Below, one piece after another: positions 28,262-38,187 of a stretch of 64,000 nt of DNA (the first letter of the stretch is position 1; each line of letters starts with the position of its first letter). The notes below the pieces were generated by a model that saw nothing but the letters and a program-made list of their open reading frames with translations, did not search any database and had not been told where the DNA came from. The DNA is taken from positions 3,392,001-3,456,000 of the forward strand of contig OZ243916.1 of NCBI GenBank assembly GCA_965213675.1. Reading direction: 5' to 3'. This DNA comes from an uncultured Candidatus Binatia bacterium. Its GTDB lineage: Bacteria; Desulfobacterota; Binatia; UBA9968; JAJDTQ01. The position numbers and the translations under genes were made by a program.

Positions 28262-29590
28262 ATGACCGCAATGTTGTTGCGTTGGGCAGTGAACATGTCG
28301 GTTTTGTGGGCATCGTGCGCCGTTATTGGGGTGGCGTTGTTGTCGGTTATTCCGCTACACGGGCAAAATGTTCCCGGCAGCCTCGTGTTGAGCGTCGATG
28401 CCGGCCAGAGTCGTATGCTCAGGTTGGACACGCCGGCCGGTACTGTGTCACTTACGGACCCAGCTATCGCCGACGTACAGGTCGTCTCTTCCGATGTTCT
28501 TCTGGTGTACGGCAACGTCGCTGGCCGAACCTCCTTGGTGGTGCTTGGGATTGACGGCCAACTTGTGGGTCGCTGGACGGTGGTGGTGACGGTGGAGTTG
28601 GAATCGGTGCGCTCGGCCCTCTCGGAGGACCGGGAACTCGGCGATGTGAAGGTTCGCCCGTGGCGCCAGGGAGTCGAACTTATCGGCGTAGTCGACTCAC
28701 CGGAGGCGGCGGAACGGGCTTTGCAGTTGGCCCGAGCGTCTTTGCCCGAGAAGTTCACGGTCGTCAACCGCCTCTCCATTACGAGTTCGCAACAGGTCAA
28801 TCTTGAGGTGCAGATCGCCGAGGTGCAGCGGACCGTAACCGAGCAGCTTGGCATCAACTGGCAGGCCATGAGTACCCAGGGTGACGGGTTGTTAGGCTTT
28901 CGCGTGGGACGTCCATTGCGCGAAGCTGTGGAGAACGAGTTCGGGGCGGCGTCGGCAGCCGGTCAGGCCCTGTCGCTGTTCGGCTCTTATCACTCACCGG
29001 GCAGTTCCGCCTCGGTGCGGGGCCTGATCGACGCTTTGGCTACTGCGGGCCTCGCCACCGTGCTGGCACGGCCCAACGTCACCGCGGTATCGGGCGAAAC
29101 TGCAAGCTTCTTTTCCGGCGGCGAGTATCCCCTGCCGAGTGGCATTGACAACGGTCAGGTGACCTTCAGCTACAAGAAATACGGCGTGTTGCTCGATTTC
29201 GTCCCGACGGTGATCGACAATGATCGGATCTCTTTGACCGTGCGACCGGAAGTCTCCCAGCGGGTCAGTACGGATTCGCTCAGGATTTTCGATGCGGAAA
29301 TCCCGGTCATCGACGTGCGCCGCGCCGAGACCACCATCGAAGTGGGGAACGGCGAATCCATCGTCATTGCCGGGCTCTATCGTAATCAGAGCGACACCAA
29401 CGAAACAGGTGTGCCCGGGCTCAAGGACGTGCCAGCGCTGGGCGTTCTTTTCGGCGGCAGGACGGTCCGTTCCAACTCCACCGAGCTCATTGTCGTGGTG
29501 ACCGCGCGTCTGCTTTCGTCTACTGGCGCGCGCTCCGAGGACACGACACGGCAAGCGTTGAGTCGCCGGGTGCAGGGCTACCATTACTGA
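28262..29590 (+). CDS. cpaC: Tad secretin RcpA/CpaC
   Basis: DPAIADVQV, QVNLEVQIAEV, LARPNVTAVSGETASF..GGEYP and PGLKDVPALGVLF. Confidence 0.92.
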   Translation: MTAMLLRWAVNMSVLWASCAVIGVALLSVIPLHGQNVPGSLVLSVDAGQSRMLRLDTPAGTVSLTDPAIADVQVVSSDVLLVYGNVAGRTSLVVLGIDGQLVGRWTVVVTVELESVRSALSEDRELGDVKVRPWRQGVELIGVVDSPEAAERALQLARASLPEKFTVVNRLSITSSQQVNLEVQIAEVQRTVTEQLGINWQAMSTQGDGLLGFRVGRPLREAVENEFGAASAAGQALSLFGSYHSPGSSASVRGLIDALATAGLATVLARPNVTAVSGETASFFSGGEYPLPSGIDNGQVTFSYKKYGVLLDFVPTVIDNDRISLTVRPEVSQRVSTDSLRIFDAEIPVIDVRRAETTIEVGNGESIVIAGLYRNQSDTNETGVPGLKDVPALGVLFGGRTVRSNSTELIVVVTARLLSSTGARSEDTTRQALSRRVQGYHY

Positions 29591-29635
29591 GCGCTTCGGC
29601 AACACCCCGAGACGCTATTCCAGGAGACACTGTTC

Positions 29636-29956
29636 ATGTGCGCTTCTTCACGAATTGCGCGAGCGTCGCTGGTACTCCTTGTTGCAGGAGGGACTGCCGT
29701 GGCGGGTTGTGCGCCGTCATCCCTTGATGCCGAGCGGGCGGCCTTGATGGATCCGGCGGGAAGAGCAGGCCGCGATGCATCCCACGCGCGGCTCGCGCTG
29801 GCCGAAGACTTGGCGCGCCAAGGGCTGAGCTTGTCCGCGGACGCGCGGTTGCGGCCCACGCCTTCCCGTGGCGCTCCCCATCAAGCCTATCTCCGATGGC
29901 TCAGAGGGGCAGTACGAGAGTTGTCGGGCGGCGAGTCAGGTGGCGGCACCGAATAG
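29636..29956 (+). CDS. Small lipoprotein in tad operon (CpaD/pilotin-like position)
   Basis: Lipobox VAGC; lies between the secretin and cpaE. Confidence 0.5.
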   Translation: MCASSRIARASLVLLVAGGTAVAGCAPSSLDAERAALMDPAGRAGRDASHARLALAEDLARQGLSLSADARLRPTPSRGAPHQAYLRWLRGAVRELSGGESGGGTE

Positions 29957-29970
29957 CACAGTGCTGACCC

Positions 29971-31143
29971 ATGGAGGCGGGAAACCAGCAGATATGCGCG
30001 TTTGCGGTGGACGCCCGCACCGAGGCGCTCCTGTTTGACGTCCTGGGCGACGACAAGGGCGCGACGGTGCATCGCGGCGACATGGCCGCGGTCATCAAGC
30101 ACTTGACCGGCGCACCCTCGCCAAAAGTCGTGATCGTCGATCTCGACGGCAGCCCGTTCCCTGCCGGGCGCATACACGAGTTGGCCGGAGTGTGCGAGTT
30201 TGGCACCAAGGTTATCGCGCTAGGTTCCAACGATACCGCTCGTCTCGCCCGTGAGTTGCTCTCGGCCGGCGTCAGCGACTACCTTCCAAAACCAGTCTCG
30301 GCGCGCGAAGTTCGCGAGGCTGTCAGCTTGGCTCTCGACGTTGAGGGCGAGGCCAACTCCGGGCGCATGCATGCCGGGCGCGTCATCGCCTTCAGGGGGT
30401 GCGGCGGCGGCTGCGGCGCCACCACGTTGGCGGCGGTCACCGTGCGCGCTTCCGCAGCTCGGGGCAGCTACGTTGCCGCGCTGGACCTTGGCCGCGTCTT
30501 CGGCGCCTTGCCGTGGATGCTTGATGTCGAGCCCACGGCAGGTCTTGCCGAGTTGCTGGAGGCGGCGGCCGCCAGCGGGGTTGCCAGCATGGAAATGCTT
30601 GATTCGGTGAGCGCTTCCGCGGGTCCACGGATCTCGGTTTACGGCTACCGATCCAGCGAAGGAGTGCCGCCGGAACCCAGTCTGGACGCGGTGCAGTGGC
30701 TTACCGAGCACCTTGCCAATCGTTCGCATCTGGTGGTGGTGGACGGCATGTTGGATGCCGACACACTGTTCCCGGTGCTCGAAAACGCGGATGAGCGGGT
30801 GCTGGTCTACGAACCCACCTTGGTGAGCCTGAGCCGGTTGACGCACACGCTGGTTTTGATGGGCGAGGGCAGGGACGCCATCCTGGTGCAGAACCACACC
30901 CGGGGACGGAAGAGTGCCCTGTCGTCCAGCCAGATACGCGACGCGTTAGCCGGGCGCGAGCCCGACTTGATCATTCCCTTCGAGGCCAAGCTGCCCTCGG
31001 CCACGGACCGGGGCAGTCCCTATGAATCTCTGGGGAAGGAGTACCGCACGGCCCTTGACAAGCTCATCGACAAGCTCACGCGGCGCACGATATCGCTGGC
31101 CGACGCCTCCGGTCCGTTGTTCGCTGTCCCCGGTTCACGATAA
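29971..31143 (+). CDS. cpaE: Pilus localisation protein CpaE/TadZ
   Basis: Atypical receiver domain (GVSDYLPKP) and deviant Walker A GCGGGCGATT. Confidence 0.88.
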   Translation: MEAGNQQICAFAVDARTEALLFDVLGDDKGATVHRGDMAAVIKHLTGAPSPKVVIVDLDGSPFPAGRIHELAGVCEFGTKVIALGSNDTARLARELLSAGVSDYLPKPVSAREVREAVSLALDVEGEANSGRMHAGRVIAFRGCGGGCGATTLAAVTVRASAARGSYVAALDLGRVFGALPWMLDVEPTAGLAELLEAAAASGVASMEMLDSVSASAGPRISVYGYRSSEGVPPEPSLDAVQWLTEHLANRSHLVVVDGMLDADTLFPVLENADERVLVYEPTLVSLSRLTHTLVLMGEGRDAILVQNHTRGRKSALSSSQIRDALAGREPDLIIPFEAKLPSATDRGSPYESLGKEYRTALDKLIDKLTRRTISLADASGPLFAVPGSR

Positions 31144-31173
31144 ACGGGATACGTTGGCCAGGAGAGACCCACG

Positions 31174-32550
31174 ATGGCCTTGAGATCATTCGGGCGCCGC
31201 CCCAAGGCGGAGGAGGAGCCCAAGGGTGAGGCCGTGGCGGCGGCTGTCGCGGCGCCCATTGTCACCCCAACTCCCACTCGGTTACAGACCCCGGACACGA
31301 CCATCGCCGAGATCGCGGCAAGGTTGCATCCGGTGGTTACCCGCGCCATCGACATGACCGAGGCGGCCAAGCTCCGTCCGGACGAACTCGCGACCCAGCT
31401 CCAGGGCTTTCTCGAACGGGAAGGGACAGAGGAAACCCAGGCGCTGACCCCCTTCGACCGGCGGCGGGTGGTCACCGCCCTGATCAACGACATCAAGGGC
31501 CTGGGGCCCCTCGAACCGCTGTTCCAGGATCCCGCCGTCTCCGACATCCTGGTCAACGGCCTTCGCTCGGTCTACGTGGAACGGCGCGGAAAACTGACCC
31601 AGGTGGACATCAAGTTTCGCGACGGCCAGCATCTGCTACGCATCGCGCAGCGCATCGCCGGCTGGGTCGGGCGGCGTGTGGACGAGTCCAGCCCCATGGC
31701 GGATCTCAGGCTTCCCGACGGCAGCCGCGTCAACATCATCATACCGCCGCTGGCCATCGACGGTCCCACCATCTCCATCCGGCGCTTTCTTTTGAGAGGC
31801 CTCACCCTGGAGGACTTGGCGACATCCGGGATGATCGCGCCGGCCATGGTGGCGCTGCTCCGGGTCTGCGTCAAGGCGCGCTTGAACGTCCTCATTTCCG
31901 GCGGCACCGGGGCGGGCAAGACCACGTTGATGAATACCCTGACCAGCGAGATAAGTCCCGACGAGCGCTTGGTCACCATCGAAGACGCCGCCGAGCTGCA
32001 GGTGCAGCAACCCCATGTGGTGCGTCTGGAGACCCGCACCATGAGCGCCGAGGGGACCGGCGAAGTGAACATGCGCGCGTTGGTCATCAACGCGCTACGG
32101 ATGCGTCCGGACCGCATCATCGTTGGAGAGGTGCGCGGGGCCGAAGCCATGGAGATGCTGCAGGCCATGAACACCGGTCATCCGGGATCCATGTCCACCA
32201 TCCACGCCAATACGCCGCGGGACGCGCTGATCCGGCTCGAGAACATGCTGCTGATGGGCACAGCGGAGATGCCGCTCCAGGTCATTCGCCAGCAGGTGGC
32301 GTCGGGCATCGATCTCGTGGTTCAGGTGGAAAGGATCCCTTCCGGTAAACGCTGCGTGACCAGCATCACCGACGTGGCCGGGATGGAGAACGATGTCGTT
32401 CTCACCGAGGAAATGTGGCGTCTTGTGCGCGACGGGACGGACGAAGTCTTCGAGGGTAGCGGCCGGCAACCGTCATGGATGACCGCGGTGGACCGGGCCG
32501 GTTTGCGCGCCGAGTTGCAACAGGCGCTTCAGTCCGGCCGCCAGGGATAG
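31174..32550 (+). CDS. cpaF: Tad ATPase TadA/CpaF
   Basis: GLGPLEPL, SGGTGAGKTT, IEDAAEL, LRMRPDRIIVGEVRG and AMNTGH. Confidence 0.96.
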   Translation: MALRSFGRRPKAEEEPKGEAVAAAVAAPIVTPTPTRLQTPDTTIAEIAARLHPVVTRAIDMTEAAKLRPDELATQLQGFLEREGTEETQALTPFDRRRVVTALINDIKGLGPLEPLFQDPAVSDILVNGLRSVYVERRGKLTQVDIKFRDGQHLLRIAQRIAGWVGRRVDESSPMADLRLPDGSRVNIIIPPLAIDGPTISIRRFLLRGLTLEDLATSGMIAPAMVALLRVCVKARLNVLISGGTGAGKTTLMNTLTSEISPDERLVTIEDAAELQVQQPHVVRLETRTMSAEGTGEVNMRALVINALRMRPDRIIVGEVRGAEAMEMLQAMNTGHPGSMSTIHANTPRDALIRLENMLLMGTAEMPLQVIRQQVASGIDLVVQVERIPSGKRCVTSITDVAGMENDVVLTEEMWRLVRDGTDEVFEGSGRQPSWMTAVDRAGLRAELQQALQSGRQG

Positions 32551-32570
32551 CGGCACGAGGAGGCGAGCCC

Positions 32571-33530
32571 ATGTTGACAGCGTGGAGCGTGGCGGGAACG
32601 TTTCTCGCGGCCTTTGTGTGCTTGGGCTTGTGGCTGAGCACCCGGGCCAGTGATAAGGCCCTGGATCGCCGGGTGCGTCGTGTGGCCGCCGTACTTGCCG
32701 GGGACTTGGACGAGGACTTGGCCCGGAATCAAGCCAACGACGCCAAGGTCAGTGTCTTCCGCACGCTGCAGGCCAAATCACGGTGGCGCGAGTCCCTCGA
32801 GAAGCGGTTCTGTATGCTCGAAGGCCACGACGCGCTTCCCAAGGCAGGCCTGGCGGGCGTGTTGGCCGCGGTGCTGGTAGCGGCTGTCGCCAACGCCATG
32901 CAATTCGGCCTTCTGGTGTTGCCCTTGGCGCTGGCGGCTTGGGCCGCCGGCGGTTGGACGTTCCTTTCCGCCTGGGATGTGCGGGTGCGCGCCAAATTCG
33001 TGAAGCAGTTCCCCGAGATCGCGGATCAGATCGTGCGTCTAGCGCGCGCCGGGTTGCCCGCGGTGGAGGCCATCGCCGAGGTAGCCAGGGAGGTGGCGGA
33101 GCCTGCCAAGCATATTCTGCAACGGATCTCGGATGAGTTGTCTTCGGGTCTGGATCCCGAGACCGTGCTGCGCGATGCCTCGTCGCACATCCGCGTGCCG
33201 GAGTTCACCCTGTTTACCTCGGCCCTCACATTGCAGCGAACCACCGGCGGCAGCATCGCGGTTACCATCGGCAATCTCGCCACCACCGTGCGCGCGCGCA
33301 TGGAGGTGCAAGCCAAGGCCCAGGCTGGCACGGCGCAGACCCGCATGACACTGTGGGTGCTGGCCGTGGTTCCATTGGTGGCTTTGTTGGGCCAGTCTTT
33401 CACGAGTCCGGAGACCGTGCAGGTGCTGTTCAACACCGAAGGAGGCGCCACGTTGTTGCGCTGGGGTTGCGGCCTGATCGTGGCGGGATTGCTGACGGCA
33501 CGCACCATTGCCGCACGGTTCATGCGATGA
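32571..33530 (+). CDS. tadB: Tad inner membrane protein TadB
   Basis: FVKQFPE...RAGLP and LQRTTGGS T2SSF motifs. Confidence 0.88.
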   Translation: MLTAWSVAGTFLAAFVCLGLWLSTRASDKALDRRVRRVAAVLAGDLDEDLARNQANDAKVSVFRTLQAKSRWRESLEKRFCMLEGHDALPKAGLAGVLAAVLVAAVANAMQFGLLVLPLALAAWAAGGWTFLSAWDVRVRAKFVKQFPEIADQIVRLARAGLPAVEAIAEVAREVAEPAKHILQRISDELSSGLDPETVLRDASSHIRVPEFTLFTSALTLQRTTGGSIAVTIGNLATTVRARMEVQAKAQAGTAQTRMTLWVLAVVPLVALLGQSFTSPETVQVLFNTEGGATLLRWGCGLIVAGLLTARTIAARFMR

Positions 33531-34519
33531 TGTCATCTCCGTTCATGGTATGGGTGTTGGGGTTTGCCGCGCTGGCGTCGCTGGTTCTGCTGGCGGCGTC
33601 CATCCGCTTTCTGTTCCAGGACAGCCGCAAGGCGCTGGCCCTGGACCGGCGCTTGCAGACGGTTCGGAAACAGGCTCTCTCCGCATGCGGCGGGATGGAT
33701 TTGCGGGTGGAGGACGGTTCCATGCGCGTCGTCTCGCTTCCGATGTTGTCCGTGTTCGCAGCGGGCGCATTCAGGATGGCTGCCATGCTGGCGCCCATCG
33801 AAGCCTCCGAGCGCGCCAAGATTGGCGTCCTGATAGTGAAGGCCGGCTTCCAGCACCGCGATGCGCTGGCGATCTTCCTGTCGCTCAAGCTGACCCTGAT
33901 GCTAATCGTGGGTGGGCTTGCCGGCTTCCTGCCGTGGTACATGCAGTTGCTGGGCGGACACCCCGTGGTCATCAGCATCGCCGTTTTGGTTGGCTTGGTG
34001 TTGGGCGGGCTGTTGCCCGAAGCGGGATTGCGGCGGGTGCTCGCCCGGCGGAAGCTCAACCTGTCTCGCGCACTTCCGGACGCACTGGACCTCATGGTGC
34101 TGTGCGTCGAGGCCGGGTACACTTTCGAACGCGCTCTCGCTATTGTTTCCAGAGAACTGCAGCCCATTGCCCCGGACCTCGCCCGGGAACTCGCCGCGGT
34201 GGAGGCCGAGTTGCGTGTGGGCGCGGAGCGCAAGAGGGTGCTTATGGAGCTCTACGAGCGCACCGAAACCGAGGGCATACGCGATTTCGCGATGACCGTC
34301 ATTCAGGCCGAACGCTACGGCACCCCTATTGGCCAGTCCATTCAGAACATCGCGGCCAGTGAACGGACGCAACGCGCGGCTCGCATTGAAGCCCAAGCCG
34401 GCCGCCTGCCCGTCGTCATGAGCCTGCCCATGCTTCTTTTCGTGGTCCCCGGCATCCTGCTCTTGCTCGGCGGTCCAGCCTTCATTCAAGCGTTACGGTC
34501 ACTGCAGGGAGGCTTGTGA
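33527..34519 (+). CDS. tadC: Tad inner membrane protein TadC
   Basis: ALPDALDLMVLCVEAG and QAERYGTPI. Confidence 0.92.
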   Translation: MMSSPFMVWVLGFAALASLVLLAASIRFLFQDSRKALALDRRLQTVRKQALSACGGMDLRVEDGSMRVVSLPMLSVFAAGAFRMAAMLAPIEASERAKIGVLIVKAGFQHRDALAIFLSLKLTLMLIVGGLAGFLPWYMQLLGGHPVVISIAVLVGLVLGGLLPEAGLRRVLARRKLNLSRALPDALDLMVLCVEAGYTFERALAIVSRELQPIAPDLARELAAVEAELRVGAERKRVLMELYERTETEGIRDFAMTVIQAERYGTPIGQSIQNIAASERTQRAARIEAQAGRLPVVMSLPMLLFVVPGILLLLGGPAFIQALRSLQGGL

Positions 34520-34531
34520 TCGTCCGAGTCT

Positions 34532-35539
34532 TTACTGCGCCACCTTCACGTCCTCCTGTTTGTTGCCCCGAAGGACCTTCACCGTGATCCCCGGTGGTTC
34601 CATCACCTCCGGCGGCAAGGGCGGGGGCGCTAGTGCGTGGGGTTGGAGCGCGGTAGGAGCTGGAGTCATGGCGGGAACCGGCGCTGACGTTGTGCTTGGG
34701 GTCCCGTCGGGTACCGGTATCGGCTCGGGTTCCGGCGGCGTCGGCAGCAGGTTCTCGAAGGCGGTGGGCGTGCGGTTCTCGCGTCGCCGGACGTCCGTAA
34801 GGGATCGCATGGCCAGCGAGATGGTGCCCTTGTTCTTGGCCAGGATCAGGCGCTCGGCGTCCGGCGGCGGCAGTTCGAGTGTCACCGTGCTGGCGGCGTT
34901 TCGAGAAAATCTTCCTCCGATCCCGCTTCCGCTGCCGCTCACACTGCTCTCCACCTGACGGTTGACGGCCACGACGCGGATGTACTCCAGGATCGTGGCG
35001 GTCACGGTATTGGTCCCGCGCCCGTCGCGCCCGTCGAGTTGCGCCGTCAGGATCACGTCGACATGGTCGCCAGGATAGATCAAGGCCGCTTCGCTGGTGG
35101 CCGCGTCCACCCGGATGGTCACGGCGCGGTGGTCTGGCTTGAGAGCCGCGGCCAGGAAGCCGTGATCCCCCGGGCGCACGATGGCCGACCAGTTCAGCGG
35201 CATCCCCTTGAACACTGCCCGGCGCACCACCGAACCGATCACGTCGGCTTCGTTGGTCTTGCCTTGGAGCATGTGCGTCGACAGCACCGAGCCGTCGCGG
35301 ACCGGTTTCCACGCGAGGTCGCCGGTGGTGATCAACCTGCCGATATTGAGGTCGTTGGCCGCGGTCAATACCACGGGCACGGGTTTCGGCGGCGGCTCCG
35401 GCTTCGGCGGGGGCGGTGCGGGTTCCGGGCGCAGGTACAGCCAACCACCCCCCAAGGTGGCGACCACGGAGACGATGCCCAGGACAAGGAAAAGCATCGC
35501 GGAGCGCGAACTTTTTGCCAAGCGGGATCTCTGCATCAC
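34532..35539 (-). CDS. cpaB: Flp pilus assembly protein CpaB/RcpC
   Basis: SAF domain (VLTAANDL), RAVTIRVD, IYPGDHVDVILT and TVTLEL. Confidence 0.92.
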   Translation of the reverse strand: MMQRSRLAKSSRSAMLFLVLGIVSVVATLGGGWLYLRPEPAPPPPKPEPPPKPVPVVLTAANDLNIGRLITTGDLAWKPVRDGSVLSTHMLQGKTNEADVIGSVVRRAVFKGMPLNWSAIVRPGDHGFLAAALKPDHRAVTIRVDAATSEAALIYPGDHVDVILTAQLDGRDGRGTNTVTATILEYIRVVAVNRQVESSVSGSGSGIGGRFSRNAASTVTLELPPPDAERLILAKNKGTISLAMRSLTDVRRRENRTPTAFENLLPTPPEPEPIPVPDGTPSTTSAPVPAMTPAPTALQPHALAPPPLPPEVMEPPGITVKVLRGNKQEDVKVAQ

Positions 35540-35548
35540 AGGCTCCCT

Positions 35549-36013
35549 TCAACTGTTCCCGGTGACGGGAAAGGCTTGCAGCACCGGGACCAGCATGGCT
35601 GGCGGCGCGATGGCCACCGCAAATGGAATGTTGTTGCGCAGCCGGCGCGTTGCGTCGAAAGGAAGCAGGCAGACGAGGCCGATGGCCAGACCCAGCAAAC
35701 CCACGCCGAACAGGAAGGTGCTGAGGCCGGCCGGTCCGATCCACAGCGCCGCCACGGCCATGAGCTTGCCGTCCCCGGCCCCCAGCGCGCCCATCAGGAA
35801 CAATCCGAAACCCACCCCGAAGAGCACCCCCCCCGTGACGAAGTGTGACCACAGCGGCATCATCCCGTGATGGCCCACCACCCCGAGCTGGACCAGGAAC
35901 AGTCCGAGAATGGCCAGCGGAATCAGGTTCGGGACTTCGCGGCTGCGCAAGTCGAATACCATCGCCGCGCCCATCAGCCCGCAATAGCCCGTCAGCAGCA
36001 ACAGTTCAGGCAC
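35549..36013 (-). CDS. cpaA: Prepilin peptidase CpaA/TadV (A24)
   Basis: DLRSREVPN and GAGDGKL catalytic Asp motifs; IPFAVAI. Confidence 0.9.
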   Translation of the reverse strand: MPELLLLTGYCGLMGAAMVFDLRSREVPNLIPLAILGLFLVQLGVVGHHGMMPLWSHFVTGGVLFGVGFGLFLMGALGAGDGKLMAVAALWIGPAGLSTFLFGVGLLGLAIGLVCLLPFDATRRLRNNIPFAVAIAPPAMLVPVLQAFPVTGNS

Positions 36014-36129
36014 GGGAACCCCTTCTTCGTCTCACGATGTCTCATGATATTCCTGGTGTACCGTCACATGAGGCCTCATGTGACAGGATTGATAGGATAC
36101 GGGTGTGGGCAGGTCTTCGCGCCGGAGCA

Positions 36130-38145
36130 CTATGGCCGGACAAAGCACTCCCGGCCGCGGCCCTTCAACGTACCACACACACGTCCCGCCTCGGTGACGT
36201 CCGGGAATGGCCCCGCGAAGAGTCGATAGAAAACCTGTTTGGGGATCTGGACCTTCACCACCCGTGGAGCCAGCGAGCCGAGCAGGTCCGTCTCGCCCCT
36301 GGACAGCCTCTTCCAAGCCGCCAGCGCCGCGGCCCGTGAGTTCGCCGCGTGAAGTTGCACCAGAACTCCCGCGCCTGAGGCCTTCTTCCCGGCTGCCACT
36401 TCAACCGCACCCGCCCCGCCGCTTCCGGCCCAGTTCTCCAGCGGAACGAAGCATTCCCGGCCGCGCCCCTTCAACAGCCGGCACAGGCGCTTGGCCGCGG
36501 CCTTGTTCGCCAGCGGACCCGCGCGAAGCCGGTAGAACACGCCCTTTCCGGGAATCCGGTTCTTCACCACGTCCGGGTTCAACGATCCGAGCAGGTCCTT
36601 CTCCGCCGCGAACAGCCGTCCCCAAGCCGCCAGCACCCCCGCCTCCGTACGCGCCGCGTAGATCTGCACCTGGGCGCCCGGCGCCGCGGAAGCCACGGCC
36701 GAACCCGCCGTCGCCGCTGGAACGGATGGCGTCTCCGAACCGGAAGTTGCCACCGAACCGGAAGCTGCCGCTACGTCCGAAGCCGCGGCCGAATCAGAAC
36801 TGCCTGCTGCATCCGATGTTGCTACGGACTCCGAAGCCGCCACCGCACCGGAACCCGCGGCCGAGTCGGGTGTGGCCGCTGCACCCGATGCCGCCCCTGG
36901 AGCCGAACTCGCTGCCTGGTCCGCGATTCCCGGTGGAGTCGGTTCAGCCGCGGTGCCGGAACCCGCCGCGGGATCCGAAGCTGCCACTTGGCCCGCCACA
37001 TCGGCTGGAGCCGAAACTGCCCCGGAACCGTGAGTTGCCGTTGGGTCCGATGCCGCTTCCCGCTGCGATGTCGTTCCCAGCCCGGCCGTGGCGGGCTTGC
37101 CCGAAAGCGCCGCCGGGTCTGCCTCACGGCCCGACTCCGTTGCCGCCCCCGCGGCCCCCGCCGTCTCGCCCCCCGAAGCCGTTTCGGAAGCGGAAGCCGT
37201 TTCGGGAGCCGAAGCCATTGCGTCGACGGAACCAGCCTCCACCGAAGTGCTCGCCACCCGGTCGCCGTCCTTGACTGGCGGCTCCCGGATCACCGTCGGG
37301 CCAAGGTCTTCCTCGACGATTCGCGCCGATGTATCGCCCGGCCCGTCGTCTTCCGCCTGCCCCGTCACCGGCCCTTGACCTTCCACGGCCAACGCGGTCT
37401 GCTCCGACCCCGATCCTGCCGCGCCTCCGCTCGAAGCCACCACCGGCTGTTCTGCCTCTTGGCCTTCTTCCAGCAGCTTCGACAGGTCGGCGGCGTCGTT
37501 GCCCAGCCAGTGGGATGCGGAGTGTCTGGCGTACAGCCGTCGCGCCTCTGCCGTCTCACCGGATTGCGCGAGTGCGCGGATCAGGTTGGCCGCGATCATC
37601 GGGTGCGACGACGACAGCCTGTCGGCTTCTTCGTAGTGCTTCCGCGCCAGTGCGTGGTCGCCTTCCAGTGTTGCCACCACGCCGAGTCCGTTGGCCACCC
37701 AGGCGGCCGCCGGCGTGTCCTTGGCCAGTTCGGACGCGGCGACGAACTCCTTCTTGGCCCCGGCCACATCGTCTTGGCCCAAGTTGGCCCGGCCCGCGCC
37801 CAGCAGTGCCGCGGCCTTGCTGCCCGGGGTGGTCGAGCGCTCTTCCGCCTCGGCGAACAGCTTGCCGGCGAGATTGAAGTCGCCGCTTCTCATGGCCAGG
37901 TATCCGAGCCCGAGTCTGGGCTCCGCGGCGTTGGGGTAGTGGCGGGAGAGTTCCCGGTACAGTCGTTCCGCGGCTGCGAACTGCCCCGCGTCAGCCGATG
38001 CGGAGGCCACGTTCAGACTGCTCTTCAACTGCTGCTGCTCTGCGGCGTCGAGTCGTTCCGGATTCTTGAAGAACGCGCAGCCGCTGGCGCCTAGGGACAG
38101 TGCTAGTCCCAGCGCCAGCATGCACGACTTCCAGAAGAACCTCAT
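36130..38145 (-). CDS. tadD: TadD-like TPR lipoprotein fused through an Ala/Ser-rich linker to two SPOR domains
   Basis: Lipobox ASGC; TPRs (NGLGV, ANL); two VQ...FYRL.AGP...A..LC..LK.RGR.CF SPOR repeats. Confidence 0.75.
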   Translation of the reverse strand: MRFFWKSCMLALGLALSLGASGCAFFKNPERLDAAEQQQLKSSLNVASASADAGQFAAAERLYRELSRHYPNAAEPRLGLGYLAMRSGDFNLAGKLFAEAEERSTTPGSKAAALLGAGRANLGQDDVAGAKKEFVAASELAKDTPAAAWVANGLGVVATLEGDHALARKHYEEADRLSSSHPMIAANLIRALAQSGETAEARRLYARHSASHWLGNDAADLSKLLEEGQEAEQPVVASSGGAAGSGSEQTALAVEGQGPVTGQAEDDGPGDTSARIVEEDLGPTVIREPPVKDGDRVASTSVEAGSVDAMASAPETASASETASGGETAGAAGAATESGREADPAALSGKPATAGLGTTSQREAASDPTATHGSGAVSAPADVAGQVAASDPAAGSGTAAEPTPPGIADQAASSAPGAASGAAATPDSAAGSGAVAASESVATSDAAGSSDSAAASDVAAASGSVATSGSETPSVPAATAGSAVASAAPGAQVQIYAARTEAGVLAAWGRLFAAEKDLLGSLNPDVVKNRIPGKGVFYRLRAGPLANKAAAKRLCRLLKGRGRECFVPLENWAGSGGAGAVEVAAGKKASGAGVLVQLHAANSRAAALAAWKRLSRGETDLLGSLAPRVVKVQIPKQVFYRLFAGPFPDVTEAGRVCGTLKGRGRECFVRP

Positions 38146-38187
38146 GGGTTCCGCCGCCACGCGTCGTGTCCCGCCTTCCACAGTAGC

